From NCBI GenBank assembly GCA_014360015.1, contig JACIYJ010000003.1, forward strand, positions 6,197 to 70,196: DNA of 64,000 nt, given 5' to 3'. The stretch is from Candidatus Aminicenantes bacterium (lineage in GTDB: Bacteria > Acidobacteriota > Aminicenantia > Aminicenantales > Saccharicenantaceae). Below the pieces are notes generated by a model. The model was not told where the DNA came from and made no database searches. It saw nothing but the letters and a program-made list of their open reading frames with translations. Below are positions 47,390 through 57,467 of the stretch, in pieces. Each line of letters opens with the position of its first letter. Position 1 is the first letter of the stretch. Made by a program: the position numbers and the translations under genes.

Positions 47390-49072
47390 TCAACTGGCGG
47401 CCACTTTCTCCAGCTTCTTCATTATACCGAACATAAAGGTTGCCGAAAGTAAACAGGCCACCACCAGAATCGACCACAGAGCCCAAAGCGGCACCTTCAT
47501 CCACAGCCAGCCAACCACCCCGACCAAATAATTGCCGATAGCAGTGGCCGCAAACCAGCCTCCCTGCATCAAACCTTTATACTTGGGTGGTGCCACTCGA
47601 GAAACAAACGAGATACCCATGGGGCTGAGAAAAAGCTCGGCCACCGTCAGAAGAAAATAAGTACTGATCAGCCAATAAACTGAGACCTGATATTCGGGAG
47701 GAGCAACTTTGCCTCCCAGCTCAGCAGGGCTGGGCAATCTCAATGAACCGATCACCAGGATGGAAAAAGCGGCAGCCGTTAGCAGCATGCCATAGCCAAT
47801 TTTTCTTGGAGCCGAAGGCTCTTTTCCCTTCTTATTCAGATAAGCAAAAAAAGCAATAATCAGCGGAGTGAGAGCAACTATGAAGAATGGATTAAAGTGC
47901 TGGAAGCGCTGCGGCTGAAAAGGATTTATCTCCGGATAGGTTTCATAACGCAGATAGGTAAGCACACCAAAGATGACCATAGCCAATCCGCCACCCAGAC
48001 GTGATGTTCTGGAAGCCCCTTTCCTCAAAAGAAAGACCAGACCGACAATAGCCAGATACAGTGGAAGCAAACCGGTCAGGTCAAACCAGAGATTGGTCAG
48101 CTTATCGACCTGAGGCACAGTGTAATCGCGGGCAAAAAAAGTCATAGTCACAGCTGATTGCTGGAAAGCCATCCAGAAGAAAATGACTACGAAGAACACC
48201 AGCCCTAAAGCCACCAACCTTTCCTTAGTCTGCTCTGGTGTGAGCTCTACCACCTGAGACTTCAATTCTTCGGAGGCTGCTTTCTGTTTTTCGGTAATAT
48301 CAGCCTGCCTATAATATTTTTTAAAGCCCCAGAAAATCAGCATGGATATAATCAAACTGAGGCAGGCTACTCCAAAGCCAAAGTGATATGACTTGCTCAA
48401 AGAACCAAGATAGTTTTCAGCAAATTGCCTCAGATTATCAACCGTGATTGAGGGATTCTGCTTCTGAGCTACTTCCAGAAACTGGCTAACATCAGCCAGC
48501 TTGCCCTTAAGAAAATCATGGGCTAAGGCCGGAATTCGGGCATCATAGGTGAAATGGTCCTTGGCTAAAATCCAGCTGCAAACTTTTTCCGAAGCTGATG
48601 GAGCAAACATCGCTCCGACGTTAATTCCCATATAAAAAATATTAAAAGCCCGGTCGCGGAGGGCACTGTATTTAGGGTCATCGTACATATTCCCAACCAG
48701 AGCCTGCAAATTCCCTTTGAACAATCCAGTCCCCAAGGCAATGACCGCCAGAGCAGCAATCACCAAACCGAAGCCTGTCTGAAACTGGGTAGGCAAAGCC
48801 AGCAACAGGTAGCCTATAAACATCACCATAAGACCAAGGCTGATGGTTTTCCCGTAACCGAGCACCCGGTCAGCCAGATAGCCACCAAGAAGCGGGAAAA
48901 AATAGACACAGAACATGAAGATTCCGTAGATGTAACCTGAAGTGCCTGAACTCAATCCGTACTTGGCCTGCATAAAGAGAACGAAGATGCTGACCATCGT
49001 GTAGAAACCGAAGCGTTCACCCATGTTGGCGAAGAAAGCCACGATCAATCCTTTGGGATGTCCTTTGAACAT
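47390..49072 (-). CDS. POT/PTR2-family proton-dependent di/tripeptide transporter
   Basis: 560 aa; PTR2 signature GGYLADRVLGYGKTI and ExxERFxYY-like N-terminus (GERFGFYTM). Confidence 0.85.
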   Translation of the reverse strand: MFKGHPKGLIVAFFANMGERFGFYTMVSIFVLFMQAKYGLSSGTSGYIYGIFMFCVYFFPLLGGYLADRVLGYGKTISLGLMVMFIGYLLLALPTQFQTGFGLVIAALAVIALGTGLFKGNLQALVGNMYDDPKYSALRDRAFNIFYMGINVGAMFAPSASEKVCSWILAKDHFTYDARIPALAHDFLKGKLADVSQFLEVAQKQNPSITVDNLRQFAENYLGSLSKSYHFGFGVACLSLIISMLIFWGFKKYYRQADITEKQKAASEELKSQVVELTPEQTKERLVALGLVFFVVIFFWMAFQQSAVTMTFFARDYTVPQVDKLTNLWFDLTGLLPLYLAIVGLVFLLRKGASRTSRLGGGLAMVIFGVLTYLRYETYPEINPFQPQRFQHFNPFFIVALTPLIIAFFAYLNKKGKEPSAPRKIGYGMLLTAAAFSILVIGSLRLPSPAELGGKVAPPEYQVSVYWLISTYFLLTVAELFLSPMGISFVSRVAPPKYKGLMQGGWFAATAIGNYLVGVVGWLWMKVPLWALWSILVVACLLSATFMFGIMKKLEKVAAS

Positions 49073-49109
49073 ACTTTAATTCTCCTTTTCGTTAATAGAA
49101 TCTATGAAA

Positions 49110-49874
49110 CTACCGAGTCCGCAGCAATTCCATAAAAAGCTGATTGACGGTTTTCTCCAGAGCCTGCCGAAAACCTTCAATAGTCTTCTGGCTATCCTCT
49201 GACCAATAATGACTGATGAACATCGGTTTCCCGACATTGACCTGAACTGTTGCTGGCACGCCGAAGGGAATGTGGGTGCCGAAAATGGCTAAGGGTGTTA
49301 CTGGAACATCGAGTCGAATCTCTTTATAGAGGTTAAAAGCCATGACCGCCGCTCCATGACGGAACCTGGCGACATAGGGATTGGGATCAGCGTCATCAAA
49401 ATGGCCTCGACCCTGGAGGGTAATTATAGCTCGGCCTTTCTTAAGATATTCCTGACATTTTCTGACGGCTTCGGCCCGGCCTTTATAAAGGTCAACCGGT
49501 ATATATCCTACCCTGGAAATGTTAGAAGAAATATATCGGACGAACAAGGAAAAAAATGGATTCAACAGAAAATGAACCACCAGCCCGACATTTTTCATAC
49601 TGCGATAAAGATGCTTTTTGACCAGGAAACTGAATTCTTCCCGGCTGAAAATCATCTTATTGGCAGTAAAAAAAATCGGCCGGGGAACAATTTTGAAGAG
49701 AACAGCCACGTCCTTGTAGCTGCCGACATGATTGCCGACAATAATATTCGGCCCTTCCCGAACAAAATTCTCGGCTCCTTTGACCACCAGCTTTTTCGGG
49801 AAGAGAGCTAAGCTGCTTAATCTCTGAATGACTTTTTCAAAATTTTTTAATTCTTCTTCAAAAGTCCTCACCAT
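49110..49874 (-). CDS. 1-acyl-sn-glycerol-3-phosphate acyltransferase family (PlsC-like)
   Basis: 254 aa; acyltransferase HX4D motif NHVGSYKD and downstream motif III region. Confidence 0.65.
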   Translation of the reverse strand: MVRTFEEELKNFEKVIQRLSSLALFPKKLVVKGAENFVREGPNIIVGNHVGSYKDVAVLFKIVPRPIFFTANKMIFSREEFSFLVKKHLYRSMKNVGLVVHFLLNPFFSLFVRYISSNISRVGYIPVDLYKGRAEAVRKCQEYLKKGRAIITLQGRGHFDDADPNPYVARFRHGAAVMAFNLYKEIRLDVPVTPLAIFGTHIPFGVPATVQVNVGKPMFISHYWSEDSQKTIEGFRQALEKTVNQLFMELLRTR

Positions 49875-50102
49875 GGGTTTTTTATTTTAACTTAGAACTG
49901 GCCAAAATTCAAAAGAAAAAACCCAAAGCTTTTAGGCTAACTCTGGACTTGTTTCCTCTCAGCTTAAAGACGAGCCACGGATTTGAGTGATAATTTTGTG
50001 GAGAAACAAACACCAGGAAAATTTATGGAAGTAAAGCTTATTTTAAGACCAAAAGCTTCTGACAGTGCTCTATCTTGGCCTCTAATTCTTTTTTTCGCCT
50101 GG

Positions 50103-51107
50103 TCAGAAGCTCAGCTTTTTAATGCCTTCTTCTTCGTTTTTCAGCCGGAAAGAGACGGTTACGGTAAAAATAATGCCCTTAGGCTTACCATTGACAATCA
50201 CCGGTTCATAAACCCACTGTTTGACGGCCTCGATAGCTGCCTGGTCGAGTTCTGGCACCGACTTCAAGACTTTTATTCTGGCCACCCGTCCGAACTTGTC
50301 CGTCTGAACCTCCAGAATTACCACCCCTTCGATACCTTTTTTCCTGGCCTCTTCGGGATAGACCGGATCTACTCTTTTTATAAGACGAGGAGGTTTGATG
50401 TCTCCCATGGCTCTGATGACATCCTGACTTAAATCTTGCTCACCAGTCAATGAACTGACTCCGCCTGCCATCCCACCTGCCTGACCCGGGATATTGCTTT
50501 CCAGTCCCTCAAAAGGAACGACCATCCGACCTGAAGACGGGCTGATGGCCAGGATCTTCAAGGATAAAAAATAAGGTTTACCCGATTTATCCTCAAACCC
50601 GAAGGCAGTGATAGAATTTTTATCCAGCGCCAGCTCAGAATCCAGCAGACTGGCTTTTCTTTCGTTGTCCTGTTCCAGAACTTCAACCCGGCAGGTGGCT
50701 CTGTCCTGAGGACCGAGCCTAAGGAGTGTTGTTATGATTGCGTACTCTTTGCTGTCAAGGCGGAAAATATGAAAATCTTTGGTGCCGGTTTTTGTCCAGC
50801 TGAGATTAGCCTCGGCCAGAAGCTGCACTCCTTTCAGATTAAAAACCCGGCGCAGCTCGTTTTCTTCCTTTTCTGTAGTCTCCTCGGCTTTGATGCTGGC
50901 TGAAACTGTATACCTCCAGAAAGAAGAAGTAACTGTTTTTATCGGCTCAACTTTTCCCTCGCGATTGCCTTCAAACACCTTGAGCTTGATTAGCAAGAGC
51001 GGGGGCGGTACCCCTTTTTTTTCTTGAGCCAGGGAAGGTCCCAGCACTCCCAAAAAGAAGATTAAAACTAAGGTGATGAGCCAACTCACTTTTTTCTTTC
51101 TTTTCAT
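50103..51107 (-). CDS. secreted TonB C-terminal-domain protein
   Basis: 334 aa; signal peptide; C-terminal TonB_C fold pattern (YPEEARKKGIEGVVILEVQTDKFGRVARIKVLKSV...). Confidence 0.6.
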   Translation of the reverse strand: MKRKKKVSWLITLVLIFFLGVLGPSLAQEKKGVPPPLLLIKLKVFEGNREGKVEPIKTVTSSFWRYTVSASIKAEETTEKEENELRRVFNLKGVQLLAEANLSWTKTGTKDFHIFRLDSKEYAIITTLLRLGPQDRATCRVEVLEQDNERKASLLDSELALDKNSITAFGFEDKSGKPYFLSLKILAISPSSGRMVVPFEGLESNIPGQAGGMAGGVSSLTGEQDLSQDVIRAMGDIKPPRLIKRVDPVYPEEARKKGIEGVVILEVQTDKFGRVARIKVLKSVPELDQAAIEAVKQWVYEPVIVNGKPKGIIFTVTVSFRLKNEEEGIKKLSF

Positions 51108-51149
51108 CTTAATTCTCCTTCCTAAAATCTTAATTTCAAATAATTGTCA

Positions 51150-51668
51150 CTAATTCTCTACCTCAACCCAGATGATGACCATTTCCGGGTCACTGGTCTT
51201 GTAAATAAAGCTATCAGCTGGCCGGCCGCAACTGTAAACATAGTTTACTGATACTACTGATACGAAATTAGTATCTATAGTATCATTGGCGGCAAGGCTA
51301 CTGTCGCTTTGCCCTCCTCTTATCAAAAAAAAGCTGAACCCGACCAGAAGCACAATTATTAACATACCGGCAGTAACAGCATAGATTCTTAAGAAGAGGC
51401 CTCTCTTTCGACTACCTGGGGATTTCTGCAGGCCAAGAGAACTGATGTTAAAAATACTCTCAGCCATAACTAATTCTCGAAGAAAATTGTCCGGTAGAGA
51501 ATCCTCCTCTTCTTTTAAGAGTTGCAGGCAATCATTCCTGTCCGCTATTTGCTCCTGGCAGTCGCGGCATCCATCAATATGCACATCGAGAAGCCAGGAC
51601 CTGAGTCCGACAAGCGGTACTATCCGCCAGACCAGGTTAACCAGACGGCACATCTGCCTTCTTTTCAT
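51150..51668 (-). CDS. membrane-spanning anti-sigma factor (zf-HC2-type)
   Basis: 172 aa; N-terminal HxxxCxxC motif (HIDGCRDCQEQIAD), one central TM helix; overlaps the upstream ECF sigma gene by 32 nt. Confidence 0.55.
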   Translation of the reverse strand: MKRRQMCRLVNLVWRIVPLVGLRSWLLDVHIDGCRDCQEQIADRNDCLQLLKEEEDSLPDNFLRELVMAESIFNISSLGLQKSPGSRKRGLFLRIYAVTAGMLIIVLLVGFSFFLIRGGQSDSSLAANDTIDTNFVSVVSVNYVYSCGRPADSFIYKTSDPEMVIIWVEVEN

Positions 51669-52164
51669 TTCCCCTCTCCATCATAGCTTTAATTTTTTTT
51701 CGGGCCTGGTATAGATGGACCCGGACAGTGCCCGGACGGCAGCCCATTACCCTGGAAATTTCCTCAGAGCTAAAGCCCTCCTTTGCCCAGAGCAACAAGC
51801 AGGCTCTTTCCTTTGGTTTAAGCCGGCTTAGAATCGATTCAGACAAAGCTGTTTGAATCAGGCTTTCCGGTTCGGTCTTTTCCCGGACAGAATATTCTGA
51901 TTCTAAGGCCACTTTCTGAAAAAAATTCAGAAAGCGTCTTTTCTTCTTCAGCTGGTCCAGGCACTTCCGGTAGAGAATGGTAAAGGCCCAGCTTTTAAGG
52001 TTTTTATTTCCGTCAAAATCTTCCCAGTGCCTGATCATCTGCATCAGCATTTCCTGGCAGGCATCTTCAGCATCGGGCCGATTTTTGACCAGGCTCAAAG
52101 CAAAAGACATAAAGTCTCCTCCATACTTTTCCACGAATTCCAGAAGTAGCTTTTTATCTGACAT
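51637..52164 (-). CDS. ECF-subfamily RNA polymerase sigma-70 factor
   Basis: 175 aa; sigma-70 region 2 (DAEDACQEMLMQMIRHWEDF) and region 4 HTH (SSEEISRVMGCRPGTVRVHLYQARKKIK). Confidence 0.8.
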   Translation of the reverse strand: MSDKKLLLEFVEKYGGDFMSFALSLVKNRPDAEDACQEMLMQMIRHWEDFDGNKNLKSWAFTILYRKCLDQLKKKRRFLNFFQKVALESEYSVREKTEPESLIQTALSESILSRLKPKERACLLLWAKEGFSSEEISRVMGCRPGTVRVHLYQARKKIKAMMERGNEKKADVPSG

Positions 52165-52696
52165 TCAGGTCTTTATACCTGAGTAAAGCTTCTCGCCAAC
52201 TACATCTTTTTCACCTCGCTGATAATACGACGCTGGCCAACCAACTGTTTATTTCCCCTCTATCTTTTTATTAATTTTAATCGATTTTCTAACTTTTTGA
52301 TAATTTTTCTCTTTCTATATTTTTCCAGGAGGACTAAGATTGGATAATCCGTGGCTCACCCCTTTTCAAAGCTCCTCACCCCAATAATACCCTGCATTTA
52401 TGATACCCCCCCGAATTTATCAATTTAGTTTCTATTCAAAATCCCGAAAAACTTATTGCCTGAAAAATGCCAGAATCCTGAAAACCTGTGATTGGATGAT
52501 ATAAGAGCAGGGTATGAGGATAGTGGATAGAGGATAGTGGCTATATACTCACTGACTCCTGCAAGTTTGATTTGAGGCAAAAGCCGGGTTAGATTCACCA
52601 AATTTCTTGTCTAATCAGAAAAACAATGTTAATTTATTCGGGAAATGAAATTAAATTTTTATGCCTGGCAACTAAAATTACAGGGAGGGAAAAAAT

Positions 52697-53863
52697 ATGT
52701 TTAAATTGATTACCGATGTCAGAGTTTTTGCTCCGGAGACACTGGGCCCAAAGGACATACTTATAGTCGGAGAAAAAATAGCTGCTGTGGAAAAGCCAGG
52801 CACAATAAAAATAGAAGGGCTGGGGGTTGAGGTCATAGATGGTTCAAGCCTCCTGGCCACTCCTGGTTTTGTTGACCCTCACGTGCATATTCTCGGCGGT
52901 GGCGGTGAAGGCGGTCCAGCCACCCGAGCCCCAGAAATCAGGATAGAAGATTGTCTTAGCTGCGGGGTGACGACGGTCATCGGCTGCTTAGGCACTGACA
53001 GCGTCACCAGGCATTTATCTTCCCTTCTGGCCAAAGCTCGGGCTTTGGAAATTGAAGGCCTGAGCACCTGGATTTTTGTCGGTGCCTATAACCTGCCTAC
53101 ACCAACCATCACTGGCAGCGTTCGCTCGGACATTGCTCTGATCGACAAAGTTATTGGCGCCGGGGAAATTGCTCTTTCCGACCATCGCTCTTCCCAGCCT
53201 ACTTTTGAAGAATTCCTCCATCTGGTAGCCGAATGCCGGGTGGGCGGAATGCTGGGGGGAAAAGCCGGTGTGGCTCATTTTCATTTAGGAGATGGCCACC
53301 GCGGCCTGGACTATCTTTTCAGAATGCTAGAAGAAACCGAAATTCCAGCAACCCAGGTCATTCCCACCCATATCAATCGCAATCGGGTGCTTTTTGAGCA
53401 GGGATTGAAGTGGATAAAGTTGGGTGGTTACATCGACCTGACCTGCGGACCGGAACCTGTGGATGAAGATGAAGTCAGTGTCACAGAAGCTCTGAGCCAG
53501 ATTAAAGCAGCTGGCCTCCCCCTGACTCAGGTAACGGTAAGTTCTGATGCCAACGGCAGCCTGCCAGTTTTTGATAAAAAAGGTCAACTCCTTGGCTTAA
53601 CCGTGGCCAGCCAGAAAGATTTTCTTCAGGCTTTTCGGAAGGTTGTTCTGGATAAAATTCTAACACTGGAAGAAGCTATTAAGGTTTTTTCCTCCAATGC
53701 GGCCCGATTTTATAAACTTCAGGGAAAAGGAAAACTTTTGCCAGGTTTTGATGCTGACATCCTGCTTTTTGATGAATCTTTCACGCTTCAATATGTTTTT
53801 AGCCGGGGTAAGGTTATGGTGGAAAAAGCAGAGTTAAAAGTGAAGAGCACTTTTTCTTACTGA
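52697..53863 (+). CDS. iadA: isoaspartyl dipeptidase (amidohydrolase superfamily)
   Basis: 388 aa; diagnostic PGFVDPHVHILGGGGEGGPATRAPE metal-binding opening of IadA-type beta-aspartyl dipeptidases. Confidence 0.75.
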   Translation: MFKLITDVRVFAPETLGPKDILIVGEKIAAVEKPGTIKIEGLGVEVIDGSSLLATPGFVDPHVHILGGGGEGGPATRAPEIRIEDCLSCGVTTVIGCLGTDSVTRHLSSLLAKARALEIEGLSTWIFVGAYNLPTPTITGSVRSDIALIDKVIGAGEIALSDHRSSQPTFEEFLHLVAECRVGGMLGGKAGVAHFHLGDGHRGLDYLFRMLEETEIPATQVIPTHINRNRVLFEQGLKWIKLGGYIDLTCGPEPVDEDEVSVTEALSQIKAAGLPLTQVTVSSDANGSLPVFDKKGQLLGLTVASQKDFLQAFRKVVLDKILTLEEAIKVFSSNAARFYKLQGKGKLLPGFDADILLFDESFTLQYVFSRGKVMVEKAELKVKSTFSY

Positions 53864-53905
53864 TTCCCATAATATCTGATTTATGCCAGAAAGAAGGAGG
53901 GCACG

Positions 53906-55351
53906 ATGGATAAAAATAGCTCAGCCACAGGCAGCGAATATAAATCTTCATCAGGACCCAGAAAACCAAGTTTTGGCTTGGCGATTGTTCCTCTCATCGC
54001 CATGGCTCTTCTCCTAGGTGTGGGTTACGGCGTTTACCGGATAAAAGCTCAGGTTCTACTCATTGCCGCAGCTTTCATCACGGCCTGCCTCGGAACGCTG
54101 CTCAAATTTTCCTGGAAAGATATGGAAGCCGGGATAGTCGAAAGCATCCGCAAAGCTCTGCCCGCTATCCTGATTATGCTCTCGGTCGGCGTCTTAGTGG
54201 CTTCTTGGATCGCCAGCGGGACCATACCTATGATTATTTATTACGGACTTAAACTCATCTCGCCCAAATATTTTCTGGTGACTGCCTGTTTTGTCTGTTC
54301 CATCACTTCCTTAGCCTGCGGTACATCGTGGGGAACCATCGGCACTCTCGGTGTAGCTTTTATCGGAATAGCCATGGGCCTGGGAATCCCCCTTGGTCCG
54401 GCGGCAGGAGCCATTGTGGCCGGTGCTTATTTCGGTGATAAAATGTCTCCTCTTTCTGACATTCCAAACTTAGCTTCAGTGACTGCCGGTTCCAACCTCT
54501 TTGACCATATCAAACATATGCTGTGGTCGGGCGTTCCGGCCTGGCTGGCGGGTCTCATCATCTACTTTTTTATGGGCCTCAAATACGGAGGCCAAGAATT
54601 TGACCAGGAAAATATTCAGTTAATCACTTCAACCTTAGAAAGAAATTTTAATTTTAATCTGCTACTACTCCTGCCCATCCTGATTGTCTTTTATTATGCC
54701 TTCACCAAGAAACCGACTATCCCGGGAATGATTATCTCTTCGGTGGTGGCAGCTTTTCTGGCCGTCATTTTCCAGAAAACATCCTTAGTGACTGTGGCCC
54801 AGGCGATGAATTCTGGCTATTCTGCTCACACCGGGGTGGAGATGGTTGACCGTCTGATTTCCCGTGGCGGGTTGATGGGCATGATGGAAACTCAGTTAGT
54901 GGCTTTTACCGCTTTTAGCTTCGGGGGCATAATGCAGAAAATCGGAATGTTGGCCGTAATTTTGGATAAGATTATGAAATTTGCTGATAAAGTCTGGAGC
55001 TTGGTCCTGACTACCATTGGCACGGCCATCCTGTCTGCGCTGATTACCGGAAGCTCCTATCTTTCAATGATCATTCCGGCAGAACTTCTGGCTGATGCTT
55101 ACAAAAAGAAAGGCTTAGCAGCTAAGAATCTTTCCCGGATCATTGAAGAAAGCGGCGGAATAATCGTTCCATTAATTCCCTGGAGCATGGCCGGAGTTTA
55201 CATTACTGGGACGCTTGGAATCCCAACCTTTTCCTACCTTCCTTTTGCTTTTTCTAATTATCTGGCCGTAATCATTCTGGCCATCTTCGGTTTTACCGGC
55301 TTTACCATGGCTAAGAAAATCCGTGATGACGAAACCCAGCCCGGAAGCTAA
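53906..55351 (+). CDS. NhaC-family Na+/H+ antiporter-type transporter
   Basis: 481 aa, about 12 TM helices; NhaC-family pattern (ILIMLSVGVLVASWIASGTIPMIIYYGL...). Confidence 0.75.
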   Translation: MDKNSSATGSEYKSSSGPRKPSFGLAIVPLIAMALLLGVGYGVYRIKAQVLLIAAAFITACLGTLLKFSWKDMEAGIVESIRKALPAILIMLSVGVLVASWIASGTIPMIIYYGLKLISPKYFLVTACFVCSITSLACGTSWGTIGTLGVAFIGIAMGLGIPLGPAAGAIVAGAYFGDKMSPLSDIPNLASVTAGSNLFDHIKHMLWSGVPAWLAGLIIYFFMGLKYGGQEFDQENIQLITSTLERNFNFNLLLLLPILIVFYYAFTKKPTIPGMIISSVVAAFLAVIFQKTSLVTVAQAMNSGYSAHTGVEMVDRLISRGGLMGMMETQLVAFTAFSFGGIMQKIGMLAVILDKIMKFADKVWSLVLTTIGTAILSALITGSSYLSMIIPAELLADAYKKKGLAAKNLSRIIEESGGIIVPLIPWSMAGVYITGTLGIPTFSYLPFAFSNYLAVIILAIFGFTGFTMAKKIRDDETQPGS

Positions 55352-55585
55352 AAAGCTTATGCCGGAAGGTTTCTTATTATTGAAGCAGGGCAAAAACAGG
55401 CGTGGGACTACAGCCTGTTCTTGATCTTCAGGGCATAAGATTATCGGATTACTAAAAAGCCAGCTAAGCTAACCGCCCACATAGCCAAATCTTGATGCTG
55501 AAGACAATAGATTTCCGTTACATAAAGAAAAACGAAGCGAAAATAAGATCGAAAACATCCGTGGTTATATTGTTCTTCAGGTTTC

Positions 55586-55882
55586 CTACTCTTCCTTGCA
55601 ATTCTCGTCTTTTTCGACCTTTTCTAAAGCCTTCTCAAACTCTTCCTTCGCTTTTTCTAGCTTCTTCTTGTGCAACTCCACAGTTGACTCAAACTTTTGC
55701 TCCAGCTCCTCAGTTTTTTTCTTTTCTTTGAGCAGGAGTTCATCAAAAGAAGCTTTTTTCTTCTCCCCTTTCTCTGACTGAATAATTTCCTGAAGTTCTG
55801 AATCAACCCAGAGGCGCGCCCCGCAATGTGGGCAGACCAATTGAAAAACCTTATCCTTTCTTTCTTTATCTCTATCTCCCAT
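55586..55882 (-). CDS. small zinc-ribbon (CPHC) plus charged coiled-coil protein, hypothetical
   Basis: 98 aa; LVCPHCGARLW followed by a highly charged K/E helix; 39 bp downstream of the sigma-54 activator gene on the same strand. Confidence 0.4.
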   Translation of the reverse strand: MGDRDKERKDKVFQLVCPHCGARLWVDSELQEIIQSEKGEKKKASFDELLLKEKKKTEELEQKFESTVELHKKKLEKAKEEFEKALEKVEKDENCKEE

Positions 55883-55921
55883 AGCTTAGAAAATTTAACA
55901 GAAACCTCCGGCTTATTCAAC

Positions 55922-57283
55922 TTAATTTTTCATCCGGTCCAGACCGTATTTTTTAAGCAGCCGAAAAAGTCCCTGTCGAGTAAGACCGATAGCTGCCGCA
56001 GTCCTGGCTCGATGATAATTAAAATGTTTCAGCGCTTCGCCCAAAAATTTTTTCTCAAATTCGGCTTTAGCCTGGGAATAATCCCAGGAGTTGCGAAGCG
56101 GTTTCTCACGGGCATTCCTGATGGCCGGAGAGAGGACCTCTTCCTCAATAACCCGCTTGTCGCCAGCAAGAACTAAACAGCGCTGGATTTCATTCTGAAG
56201 CTCCCGGACATTACCTGGCCAATCATACTTGAGCAAAAGTTCCAGAGCTTCAGGGGAGAAAAAGGTTCGCTCGCGGTTCATTTCCTGACAATAGCAGTCG
56301 AGAAAGTGGTTGATGAGCACTAAAATATCTTCGGGCCGTTGGCGAAGCGGTGGAATCTCGATGGCAATGATTTTTAAGCGGAAGTAAAGATCTTGACGAA
56401 AACGGCCGGCAGCCACTTCCTGCTCTAAATTTTTGTTGGTGGCACTGATAAAACGGACATCAACCCGACGGCCGCGATTTTCACCAAGACGTCTTATTTC
56501 TTTTTCCTGAAGAACCCGAAGCAACTTGGCCTGGAGTGGCAAGGAGAGATCGCCAATTTCGTCCAGAAAAAATGTCCCGCGGTGGGCTTCTTCCACCAGG
56601 CCCGGTTTATCGCGAAGGGCACCAGTAAATGAGCCCCGGGCATAGCCAAAAAGTTCGCTTTCTAAAAGATTGTCCGGGATAGCACTGCAGTTTACAGCCA
56701 CAAATTGACCCTGGTGGCGCCGTCCCGAATGGTGAATGATTCTGGCAATCAGCTCCTTACCTGTCCCGCTTTCACCGGTAATGAGCACCGGTGAGTCAAC
56801 ATTTTTTACCTTCTCTATTAATTCCCGAATGAGTTTGAAGGATTGGCTTATTCCCAGAAACTCCAGGTCTTTTTTTTCACTCCTGAGGCCGATTTCTCCT
56901 GGCGGAGTGCTTTCCTGAGATAAAAGCTTGACCACAGGCAGGGCTGAAGACAGAATGTCAATTTCCTGTTCGGTAAAACGGGGCTCGCTTTTTCGCTTCT
57001 CAAGATAAGCATAGCCGTACAATTTTCCCTGAGAGATAAACGGATAGCAGACAACGAGCACATCCCGACCATGGTTAGCTCTGGCAATAACGGGCTCTTT
57101 CATAGAGAGAGCTTTATTGACCAGACCCGACCTTTCTCCTTCTTCCACCCCGGGCTTATTTCCTTTTAATTGCTGGAAAAAAGGACGCTGGCGATGGTCA
57201 AAGGCCACTATTTGAAAATAGTCAGCCCGGACGGCTTCGATGATGACATCGAACATTCTGGAAACCAGTTCTGACCTGGACAT
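55922..57283 (-). CDS. sigma-54-dependent transcriptional activator (GAF-AAA+-HTH, Fis family)
   Basis: 453 aa; Walker A GESGTGKELIARIIH, GAFTGA-type loop (ESELFGYARGSFTGA), C-terminal HTH_8; N-terminal GAF-like sensor. Confidence 0.85.
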   Translation of the reverse strand: MSRSELVSRMFDVIIEAVRADYFQIVAFDHRQRPFFQQLKGNKPGVEEGERSGLVNKALSMKEPVIARANHGRDVLVVCYPFISQGKLYGYAYLEKRKSEPRFTEQEIDILSSALPVVKLLSQESTPPGEIGLRSEKKDLEFLGISQSFKLIRELIEKVKNVDSPVLITGESGTGKELIARIIHHSGRRHQGQFVAVNCSAIPDNLLESELFGYARGSFTGALRDKPGLVEEAHRGTFFLDEIGDLSLPLQAKLLRVLQEKEIRRLGENRGRRVDVRFISATNKNLEQEVAAGRFRQDLYFRLKIIAIEIPPLRQRPEDILVLINHFLDCYCQEMNRERTFFSPEALELLLKYDWPGNVRELQNEIQRCLVLAGDKRVIEEEVLSPAIRNAREKPLRNSWDYSQAKAEFEKKFLGEALKHFNYHRARTAAAIGLTRQGLFRLLKKYGLDRMKN

Positions 57284-57467
57284 TTTTCTCTTCCTGAAAG
57301 AGATTCGAGTAATCAGCGTGTTTTAAGATTTTTTAAGGCGACGGCCTGTGTTATAGAGAAAAAACTATGTGATTTTTACCCGTGTTTTCTACTAACATTT
57401 AGACGAATGATTAACGACGGATTTTCTCACTCAAGAAAACAAAAATTCAATTCGGGAAGGATTAAAA

